Source of the DNA: Podarcis pityusensis
Lineage: Eukaryota
Strand: one strand, 5' to 3'
Assembly: GCA_964106645.2 (NCBI GenBank)
Contig: OZ067043.1
Length of the DNA: 64,000 nt
Shown here one piece after another: positions 12,166 through 22,700 of this stretch (its first letter is position 1; each line of letters begins with the position of its first letter). Made by a program: the position numbers and the translations under genes. Below the pieces are notes generated by a model. It searched no databases and had not been told where the DNA came from. It saw only the letters and a program-made list of their open reading frames with translations.

Positions 12166-12518
12166 CGTGTCATGAAGTTTACACAAGTAAACTCATGCTA
12201 CCAGTACCAGCTGTGTGAAGGCATCTTTGTTACTTCATAGTACTGCTCTGGGGAGATTTTGTGTTGTTTGAAAACACTTTGGAAAGATGGAGAGGCTACT
12301 GGACAATCTGTTTGGGGTGGGAGAAGATCTGGTCAACCACACACACTCCCCTCATAAGCCCTTGACAGGTAAGCTCTGTTTGACACAACTGTAACCATGA
12401 CCCATATTCAAACTCTAAAGTTTAGCTCTAAAGCTGTCAGGGTTGCCTAACCTACGTCAAAAATTGCTGTGGGGATGAGTAAGAACACTCTGTAGAGTAC
12501 ACTGCTGATTGAGAAATG

Positions 12519-12519
12519 C

Positions 12520-12565
<46 letters not shown>

Positions 12566-12892
12566 TTTTATTTATATCACGCCCTCCCCAGCCGAAGCCG
12601 GGCTCAGGGCGGCTAACAACAATAAAACAGTATAAAAGTATAGCATAAACAACACTCTAAAATAATTCATTATAAAATTAATTAATTCAGGCCACTGGCA
12701 ACCATTGGGCCAGAGCTCCGCGAAGATTGCCAAAGGAGGGAGTCAGGCTGTGCCCTGGCCAAAGGCCTGGTGGAACAGCTCTGTCTTGCAGGCCCTGCGG
12801 AAAGATGTCAAGTCCCGCAGGGCCCTGGTCTCTTGTGACAGAGTGTTCCACCAGATCAGAGCCACAGCCAAAAAAGCCCTGGCTCTAGTTGA
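12519..12892 (-). mobile_element. L2 LINE 3' end with (TTA)n tail (the (AAT)n microsatellite at 12519-12565)
   Basis: Plus strand tttatttatatcacgccctcccc…gggcggctaacaac hairpin and gagtgttccaccagatcagagccac…aaagccctg, typical of squamate L2 3' ends. Confidence 0.75.
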
Positions 12893-13422
12893 TTAACATT
12901 ACATTAATGATTAACAGTTTCTGAAGTACTGTAGGAAATTTTCAAATGAATGAGTACCTGCATCTGGCCTCATTTGAGCAGATGGGTTAGAGTCACACAA
13001 AAGAGTGTAAAGGGGGAAAATCATTCCCTTTTGTTGAGTCTGGGGCTTTGAAATCAGTCACTGATATTTATCTAATGACTAACAGATTGGCCATGATCCC
13101 ACTGAAATAGAGTCAGAAGTTTGCTATTTGGCGTTCTTGCAGACATGAACTCCACTGTTCATCTGGCTGTTAGAGTAAGTATAGCACAGCCCTGGGAACT
13201 AAAACAAGTAGCATTTAAGGTGGCCCCCTCAGGAGTTTATTTCCTAACCCCGCATGGCACAACGACATAAATGTCAGTGAAGTTATATAAGACATTAATC
13301 CAGCAGCTGTTTTCAGATTTGGCTGGCACAATGCAACACCCTGTGGGCAACATTACCTGGCTTACTCTAACAACCCCTGGAGTCGGGACACATTTATTTA
13401 GAAAGCTAAATACTACCTAAAT

Positions 13423-13558
13423 CAGGCTTCCTCAACCTCGGCCCTCCAGACATTTTTGGCCTACAACTCCCATGATCCCTAGCTAGCAGGACCAGCGGTC
13501 AGGGATCATGGGAATTGTAGTCTCAAAACATCTGGAGGGCCGAGGCTGAGGAAGCCTG
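13423..13558. mobile_element. Palindromic hAT (Charlie-like) MITE, 136 bp
   Basis: TIR CAGGCTTCCTCAACCTCGGCCCTCCAGA / TCTGGAGGGCCGAGGCTGAGGAAGCCTG; degenerate 8-bp TSD ACCTAAAT/ACCTAGGT. Confidence 0.88.
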
Positions 13559-15149
13559 ACCTAGGTGGTAGTTGGTGTTCTTCCACATAAAGAGGAGAGT
13601 AAATGTGTGGGTATTGTTGGACTGGCCTTAGTAGTGTCTGAACTGGGCACAGAGAGCAGCAGCAGGAAACTAATGCAATTGCTTAATGGAATGTCATTAA
13701 GTCAAGAATGAGCTTTGGCCAAGCACATCTGAACACTGCTGTGAAGAAGCTTCGCTATGCCATTGTGGGTTTTCCTTTGGAATTCAGGATTCATCTGAAT
13801 CCAATGCACACTCCTAGTACACAATGCAGATTCCTGTTGCAAACCAACTAAAACCATAACACACACCTTTTCTCACCTCCTGTGAACTAACCATGCATTG
13901 AGCAACAAGAGACCAACCCACAGCTCTCCAAATAATATATGAGACTTAAAATAGATGCCCAGAGCATATGCTTCAAATGTTACAGTTTTAACTGGAACAA
14001 AACATGAGTCTATAATAGACTCATTCAAAAAACAAACAAGCCCCCAGATGTATCAAGCAGTATGAAGAGCACAATGCTGAACTTGTAGGATCCAAAAAAA
14101 TGCAACCCTGACAAATTTAATGAAGATCCACTCCCTAGAGGACTGGAGTGCAAGAGGGAGAACCCTACAGGCAAAACTGGATCAACCGTGACAGCTTCTT
14201 CTACCTGAAGTCAAATGAGAGTAGAGGAAAATTAGCACCTTGTGGGAGAGTTTGACATTAGTCAGCACTTCAAGGTGGTTTTCATTTTGTTTTTTGTACG
14301 AAAGCAGCAGAGCAGGTTTTTATGATACGGTGTGCCAGGCCCACAAAGCCTGTAAAATTGCTTCTCTGCAGGTTCAGAATCAGCAATTGCCTGGGTGGGG
14401 GCAGTAGCGTACAGCGGCAGGGGCAGAGAAAGAGCCCAATTTTCAGTAAGTTGAAACTCACACAGACAGCCTCCAGTTTTGCAGAAATTACATGCTTGTC
14501 TGTACATGCCATTTTCTTTAATGAATCCAAAACTAATAGTGACTCATCTAAGTCAAAGGTGACTTCTCTGAATGTTTGGGGAGCTCCCTGCCACATTCTA
14601 GCCTCCTACTTTCTCCAGCACCATTTCCAAGAATCAAATTTGAACATTTATGAGCTAAACTAGCTGGGCACATTTCACGAACACCTTTCCCCCTATTGCC
14701 TGCGCCCCTCCTTTTCTTTGACCATTATTTGGTGGAAGGAGAGTGAAAGGTGTTTAACTGATTGCAGAAACCCCCAAATGTACTCAGGACTACCATGCTC
14801 TCGCCTGACAAGTGCCCCTTCCCAGTACAGCCAAAAATAAAAAGAGCCTCTTCCAAGTACATTTTGGGCAGATGTGGTGCCCATCCTATCTCCTCAGGTC
14901 ACAATACACTCAGAAAAAGGGGGGGGGAGAACTCCTCACAATCCCAATGGCTCTTGTATCAGGAATCCTCTAATTGAGCAGTGAAGCTGCCATTTAGCCA
15001 GTGAGAATTGGCTATGTGATGATATTACCAGTGAAGCAAATTCAGAGTGAGGACATTTTTTTAAAAAAATAAAAATCTGTGTTAGATTTGTTTGTCCTGA
15101 ATGACATCACCAACTAGCTAATTCTCACTGAATACATCAGGGGAGGGGG

Positions 15150-15675
15150 GGAAATGGTGCCAAATAAGCAATTGAGTAGCACTGTGAATATAAGCAAAGA
15201 AGCATAGCACAAAAGATGCTATGTCCCCTCACCTCAACACCCTCAGGCGCTAAATGCTTATAATGACAGAGCCAAGTGTAATATCTCTGAGGAGAGCATT
15301 CCACAATTGGGGAGCGACCACAAAAAAACTTGTTCTTGTCTAGCCACTCTTTGCTAGCAGTAGGGGCACGAAGAAGGGACTCAAGATGATGATGGCAGGG
15401 TCCAGATAGGTTCATGTGGGGAGACGTGGTCCAGAAGGTATTTGGGTCATGAGCTGCATAAAGCTTTATAGGTCTAAACCAGCACTCTGAATTAAGTCCA
15501 GAAAGTAACTGGTAGTGAATGAAGGTGGATCAGGATTGGTGTTATATGATCAAACATCCTACTCCCCGTCAACAATTTGGCTGGTGAAATCTACACTGGC
15601 TGCAGTTCTGAACTGTCTTCAAAGGCAGCCCCATGTATAAGGCATTGCAGTAATCTAAGCTAGAGCTTACCAGAG
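15150..15675 (-). mobile_element. Decayed L2 LINE ORF2 3' fragment
   Basis: Minus strand TCTAGCTTAGATTACTGCAATGC encodes SSLDYCNA, matching the L2 SRLDYCN motif; ggagagcattccacaattgggg resembles the other L2 copies. Confidence 0.7.
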
Positions 15676-15827
15676 CACCTTCTAGGTTAGATTGCTGTTG
15701 ACCTGCAACTGCCATTATCTCGGACTACCGGCCATGTTGTTTGGGATTGCTGGAAGTTGTAGTCCAACAAGATTTGCAGGGCCACAGAATAGGCTCCCCC
15801 GCTGCAGAACATTCAGCTCAGTCCAAT

Positions 15828-15890
15828 TGTTGTTGTTGTTTAGTCGTTTAGTCGTGTCCTTCTCTTCGTGACCCCATGGAGCAGAGCACA
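15828..15890 (-). mobile_element. Very short BovB (RTE) 3' tail fragment
   Basis: Reverse complement matches the 3' end of the 47232-47720 copy (ggggtcacgaagag…gacacgactaaacgactaaacaacaac). Confidence 0.85.
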
Positions 15891-16217
15891 CATTAATATA
15901 ATTCTACCGTTTTGTGAATTCTCCATGAATTGCTTTGGTTACCATACCAAAGTGCCATATAATCACTATTTTGTTTTCACCTCAGTCCAAACAGTACAGA
16001 AGGTCTTCATACTGTTCCTCCAATTTTAAAATCAGGGAACATAAATAGCCTCTAAAGAGGTCCTGGAGAGTTTAGCGGGGTGTAGACATACAGGGTGGGA
16101 AATGGTGGAACCATTTCATGGCAAATGGAAGTGGTGATAGGTAAAACAAACCATTTATTCTGAAGTCCTCAAGACCAGCTCCATTGCTATAACCAAAGGA
16201 CGCACACTCACTCACTA

Positions 16218-16418
16218 CTGCTATGATTATTCTTATTTTTTTTAAGAAGAAGGAAGAGGGGGAACCAAAAATGAGCTTTAGCCTCTGCTATGATTATTCT
16301 TATTTTTTTTAAGAAGAAGGAAGAGGGGGAACCAAAAATGAGCTTTAGCCTCTGCTATGATTATTCTTATTTTTTTTAATAAGAAGGAAGAGGGGGAACC
16401 AAAAATGAGCTTTAGCCT
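16218..16418. repeat. Tandem repeat, 3 x 67 bp
   Basis: Units start at 16218, 16285 and 16352; a single mismatch (G>T at 16380). Confidence 0.97.
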
Positions 16419-17695
16419 TTTTCATGTTGCAAATCTACCCGCCTCCAACGTTATTTTACCATCGCTGAGAGGAAATGGTGTAAATGTTTACGGAATAACT
16501 TTGAAACATTTAAAGAAAAGTGAGAGAAAAATATGGGGAAATAAATTCATGCAGACTCCCAAACAGTCTGAAAGGCATGGTAATTAAATTATGGAATAAA
16601 GAGTAAAAGGGAAAAGGGAGGGGAAACAGCAGGGAGCTGTGTGTTAATTTATCTTTTGGGGCAGCAAAGAGAAGGAATTGTGTTGCAGAAAGCCTACACA
16701 TATATATCTACTTATGTTTAATGTTTTTATAAGTTCAGGTCTGGGTTCTCCTCCCCCACCTGCCCCCAAATTTCATATCTAAGGTTACAGGAGATTCAGG
16801 GCCCACAGATCTTTTGAAATAGTCTCAAAAGAAGAAAAAGCTTTCCCTTAATTACATTTACCACAAATCACTCCCTAAATCTCTCTCCCTTTTCCTTCCA
16901 AAAAGCTTAGGGTAGTTCCACCCATAATTGACCTGTGCCGTGCTCTTTTCACAAGCTCTATCAAGCATGCTTCCAGCAGCTACAGTCAGGAAATACTCTG
17001 GCATAACAAGCTGAGGAAAGGAAGGGCAGAGCCATTTTTCATTGACAAAGAAAAACAAGACCAGCCCCATAGTTTTGGATGAAACTATGTGGGCTAGTAA
17101 GTCCACCTGCCCTGCTTCCTGAAGAGCTACTCAGAAAGCAGATTACTTTTTAAAAAAAAACCTAATGAAACAGATAATTATGATTTTGAATCAATGTAGG
17201 TAAATGACAAATAAAGCAGCCTAACATTATCTCAATTATGTTTCTTGGCAAAATGAAATACACGCAGGCTTGCATTCCTTGAGCTTTGCTTGCTCTTGCT
17301 TTTTCTAGTGAAACTGAGATCGAAACAAGTAATGCAGATGTGGTTCTTTTTTGGCAGGATAAACATTGCAAAGGAACAAGAAACTGCTGGTCTATCTAGC
17401 TCATTATTGCTTACACTGCCTAGGAGTCTTTTCCAACTGTACCTAGAGAGGCTGGGGAATTCAATCTGGTCCCCTCTGCTTGCAAGGCAGATGCTCTGCC
17501 TACCTCTCAGCTATGGCTGCTCACGCCAAGTTCTTGAAACCACAGCATCCAAATGCCTCTACAGCACACCTGTTTTATAGGTCATAATCCCATTCCATAG
17601 GTCATAATTCCCAACTTGAAGATGAGGAACAAATCAGGCTGATGTCTGATGTTACTCTCTGATGCACATTCTATACACATTGCTACCTTCATAAA

Positions 17696-18004
17696 CAGGG
17701 CCGTCTTACCCATAGGTGCTCAGGGTGTGGGGCACCCAGGCCCCAGGCTCTCAGGGGCACCAGGTCGAGAGTCCAGGGCCCGAGAGTTGAGTCCGGGGAA
17801 GAGCCCACCCGTTGGTCAGAGCACCCCGGCGCTATTCTGCTGCAGGAGGCTCTGCGCCATGAGTTCGGGGGCAACCGAGCCAGCAAGACGCTGAGGCAGC
17901 CGGCGAGCTCCGCTCCTCTGCGGACCGGGGACTGGGCAACCTGGGGGGGAGGGCACCAGGCAGATCTTTGCACCCCAGCACTGCATATGCTTAAGACAGC
18001 CCTG
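17696..18004. mobile_element. GC-rich hAT non-autonomous element (309 bp)
   Basis: TIR CAGGGCCGTCTTA / TAAGACAGCCCTG; perfect 8-bp TSD TTCATAAA (17688-17695, 18005-18012). Confidence 0.92.
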
Positions 18005-18181
18005 TTCATAAACCATGGTTTATGGTAATGTTGGGCAGTAGTATTGGGCCCAGCGTTTTTTACATTTTGGGGAAAGGGGTTTAAAGAGAAAAAAGAAAAG
18101 AAAAAGAATTTTTCTCAGTCACCTTTCATTAAGGTAAGCCAAATGGCTAGGTGTACAAAAAAGCTCTTAGAATTGCCCCGC

Positions 18182-18235
<54 letters not shown>
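18182..18235. repeat. Compound (TA)n(GA)n microsatellite
   Basis: Read directly. Confidence 0.95.
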
Positions 18236-18237
<2 letters not shown>

Positions 18238-18407
18238 CTGGGTCTGGGGCGGGGGCTGTCACCTGAACACTACCACCCAATGTAATGTCAAAAAACAAAG
18301 CTGGGCTGAAAACTTTGGCCCAGCATAAGCATTTACTCATTTCTCACACTGCCTTAAGAAACATTGATAAAACATGATTTCTTAAAGATACATGACCTCC
18401 TACTTAC

Positions 18408-18465
18408 CACCAAATAAAGCATGGTATAGAGGGAGAAGGAAGCATGTCCAGAAAAGAATGATTTC
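18408..18465 (-). CDS. PLPP3: PLPP3 coding exon 4 (58 bp): (R)KSFFSGHASFSLYTMLYLV; domain C2 (SGH)
   Basis: Manual translation. Acceptor ttttgcag, donor gtaagta; 58 bp restores phase 0. Confidence 0.97.
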
Positions 18466-19505
18466 CTGCAAAACAAAAGAAGCAAAGTAGTACACCTGTT
18501 TTGTTGCTGGAGCAAATGGCCAAATGCTTTGGTTTTCTGAACAACACCTTTGCACAGTCATCAATAAAATCAAGTATAACTCTCAACCCCCTAAAATACC
18601 AAAACAGGAACAGCAGTTTAAAATTACTTAAGGATATGAAATTAAACAGTCCACACTGCCTGTCTATATTTACTTATTTTTATGTCTCTAAGATGTCTCC
18701 TCCTCCCTACACATATATACTCATAGAGATGGCAATTTTAAATAAAATTCTGGCATGGAGCCATGCGGCCCAGGGCACTTACGTAGCAGGTTTTACCATC
18801 TCCTAATGCATAATCAGTTGGTCTCGCAGTTTGAGGCAGTTTGGAACAGCAAGTTTTTTTTAAAAAAGTTATAATTTAATCTGTCTTTCTTGATATGAAA
18901 AGCTTTCTGAAATTCCTTTACTTTTTTGAGGTTATTAGTGACAAAACTATAGGTGCTTATCTTTATAAGTGGACTCAGATATTTGCAAGCCTGTGTAGCC
19001 AAATCTATTTGCTACAAGGCTACATAGCTTATCTGAGTTAAGTTACACCTTCCTCAAAAAATGCTTCCTTTGTAAGGAGCAGTGATTTTTATAATGTTAA
19101 GTGTATCAAATTCTATGAGTTGTCCCCCCACCACCACCCAGCAGCTTTTTATAATCTTTCTCACCTTTCCATTCTTAAGTTCTTCCCTTGGACAATTATC
19201 CATTGTTTGTTTAAGGAAATATACTTGCAAATCTATCATTGAAACAGGACTTACAGTGATATTATTACACCCAGTGCAAGGGAATAAAAATTGGACAAAT
19301 GACTTGTAAACTCGCATGGAGGTATCAAGACTAAAGGAGAGCTATTACGTCTTTAAATTTACGGTTGAGAAAGTCAACCCGCTTGCTCATTCATTCAGGT
19401 ACCTCTGCCATTTTTCAAGGTGATTATGTAGGCAACCAAGGGTATCATTTTTATTCAAGTCACAACACACTATTTCCGTTGGAAAGAGAGAGAAAAAGTT
19501 CTCAC

Positions 19506-19789
19506 CTGGCTTCCTGAACTTTGCTTTCGTCATCGTTAAAGCACTGATACTCTTGGATATAACCCTGAGAGCAGTTGATTAGTGTAAAATTCGGCCGGCA
19601 AACCGCAATAAAATTGGGCCTCAAACGTCCAACAGACACTTTGGCAATGTCTGTGAAAGACTGGCTGATGGCACATCCAAAGGCAAAGCAACCCACTTGC
19701 TTGTACAGAGCTGCCACATAGGGGTTCTGGATGAAGGATCGGGATGTTTCCTTTAAACAATGGATCCGATAAAACTCTCCTATTATGAT
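19506..19789 (-). CDS. PLPP3: PLPP3 coding exon 3 (284 bp): [95 protein letters not shown]; contains phosphatase domain C1 (KxxxxxxRP)
   Basis: Overlaps ORF 19502..19717. Acceptor cccttacag, donor gtgag; ends in phase 2, matching exon 4. Confidence 0.98.
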
Positions 19790-22700
19790 CTGTAAGGGAA
19801 AGATACATATATGTTTAAGTAAGATAATAAATTATGCATCCTTCATGAGTAGGCCACATGTCAATACAATTTTATTGGAACAGAGCGTACAGGTGTAGCT
19901 TTTTTAGATATCCCATTTCCCCCCTCAGAAACAATCCCACTTCACTGTATGATTAATCTGGGGGAGAAAGAGCATCATGGGGCCTCTCTGTCTCCACCCA
20001 CTGTTGAAATGGGCGCAACATATACACTTGCATTCCATTGCATCTGCTTGCTGAAGTTCATGGACTTGCTTTGTTATGCTGGGCCAAGTTTCTGTGATTC
20101 CCTCTTCTTCCCCCCGGTAATTATTTAGGGTCTTTATTTGAGAAAAACATTCAAATGGCACCTAGTAACTCCCCTGTGAATGCAGCCAAAATGACAAGGA
20201 AGGTACTTATTAGTATAGAGACAGACAACATTCCCCAAACAATTTACACGTCCCAAAGTTATTACTAGAGACTATCTTATAAGTACAACTTGGAATGCAA
20301 TAATAAATCAGAAGGCTTTGGGGGAATCTCTTACAATTGCAAAGGCTGCAAAACGAGAGCAATCATAGTAACTGTTATTCCATGCCTTAGCTTACAGGCA
20401 ATGATGACAAGCCCAGTGATATCATTAGAAAGAACTTGTCTAGCTGCTTTCATTGGACGATCCTATCTACTTCTAAACACCAAAGGAACAGAATCAAATC
20501 TAAGTGATGTGGGTGCTTTTGGCATCTTTATATAAATGAGTCATTGGGCAATTGCACCTCAGACAAAGCTGGAAATAAGCTGCAGGTGTATCCAAAAATA
20601 GCAGGTAATTCCACAAGCACAACAGTTCCTAAGCTGAGCTTTTCCAACCTGAACGGAGAGCTCTAAAAATCCTGCTCTAGTAATTGCAGCAAAACCTTAA
20701 GTGATGCAAGACACCTGGGCCAATTCACATGTTTCTGAAAAGGAAGTCACTACAATGGCACTTTCCCCTCTCTCTATTTAAACAGAGCTAGTTCACATGT
20801 CACGTTAAACCATAGTTAAAATAAGCTATGGTTTAATGCAAATGAGCATACAATGTTAAGGTGCGCTGCTGAAATCACAGACGCTTTGCTTCTTCTCCAA
20901 TCCTGCTGGGAAGCAAGCTATGGTCTAGCTTGTGTCATCTGATCCCAGGCTCGTAGTTTCTCACTAGATAAACCACAAGCAGAGACCAGGGTTTTCCTCT
21001 TTGACTGACATTAATGGCTTCTTTGGGATAAACACATCATGAGGGGTTGGGAGAGCCAGTCCTGGTGCCATCATGTGACAGCAACAGGCCCAATCCAGTC
21101 CTCTTTGTTGTATTGGCCTGAGAGCTGGCACAGCAAGACAATGTTTTTTTGAGGTGGGGTGGTGGTTCTTTGCTCCTAGTCAGCACAAGTGATAGGGCTG
21201 TGGTGCAGTGGTGACCATGATGCTCCATTAAACCCTGTCACTAGTGGCCATGGGTTTAGATTTCCCTCTTAGCCCCGTATGATCTTTGAAACATTAGTCT
21301 CAGCTATACTGGCAAAGAAAAAGTGCTTTATATGTATTGTATATGCATTATAACATGGTGACACCAGACAGGGCTGTGGAGTTCTGTTTTCGCCATACAA
21401 AGTTTACGACGTGTTTAACTGAAACACTTCTTTGATGTGTCTAGATCCAGCCACTGTCCAATAATATTTTGTTAATTTATATCACACTTTTCAGAGCCAA
21501 GTTTCTCATTTAATCTCTGGACAGATGGAAGAATAGGCTCCTTCTCAACTCTTAGGTGAGGTAGGTCAGAATTGCATATACATTCCTGGGGGAGCATAGG
21601 TTGCTCTCCAATACATCAGTGTTCCTCAACTTGTTAAGCATGGGATTCTGGTAGATGGAGCAAACAGTTTTGTAGATCTCACAGACAGCAAGCTTATTTC
21701 TGTTGTGACTCCGCTGGGATCATTCATAGGGGGAAAAGGAGGGTCACAAGCGGCTGACTGCTACAGGACCAGTTATCCCAGGTTGTGTGCAGGGCACTAG
21801 TCAGTGAGCAAGGAAGAAACTGGGTTGGCTTTACCTTTTTCTAGGTTGCTGAGGGTGGGAATAAGTACACATTTTCTGCTTCAGCTGTTACGTTTTAGAT
21901 GTCATCCTAAATTGTCTAAATGTACACCTTTCGCATGTGATCAACATAGGTACAGTTGGCCAGATTCCAGGATTAGCTGTAGCTCCTTGCTTGACTGCAT
22001 GCTCCCATAAAGTGCAAAATGGTTCTCGTTATAATTTCTTAAAATTGTGGGAAACACAGTTCATACCTGCACACACTTTTCTGTTGCTCTTCCAACAATG
22101 CAGCATGTTTCTGGGAGCACGACCCAAGAACCCTTGAACCATACACTGTAAGTATTTCCTGTGCCACATCTAGAGGGAATGTTCTAGACTTGACACTAAT
22201 GCTATCAATCATCATTATGAACTTGGTTTCCTGGCTTCTTATAATCTCAAGCTTTTAAAGGCAGTTTAATGAAAATCAGGCTGTGAAATCAATTCCAAAT
22301 GTCACACCTCCAGGAAAAAGGAAAAAAGCTTAAATTGTTCTTTGTCATGTTACCCAAGTAGATTTTTTGAGCTCTGGTTTTACATTTTTAGGATTTTATT
22401 AATTACTTCACTGTTTTTATACCTCTGTAATAAAATAGGTTCCTTTCCTCCCTCTCCCTCTCCTTCTACATGTTTTTTTTTATTCTGGCCAATAGAAGAA
22501 TATACACATTCAATGGCCAGAAAAATGCCTTCATGCAAATCAATCTCTGAAACAACCAGTAATATTACTCTCAACATGGAAACATTGCCAAATACAGACA
22601 CACACACACAAATTCTTTCTAATTTACTTTTCTCCCCTTCAGCACAAAATCTTTGTGTACCAACTATCACTAAAATGAATCTATAAAGCTATTTAGCTTA

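Noticed and set aside
16218-16418. CRISPR-like array
   Set aside because: Head-to-tail repeats without unique spacers, in a eukaryotic intron.
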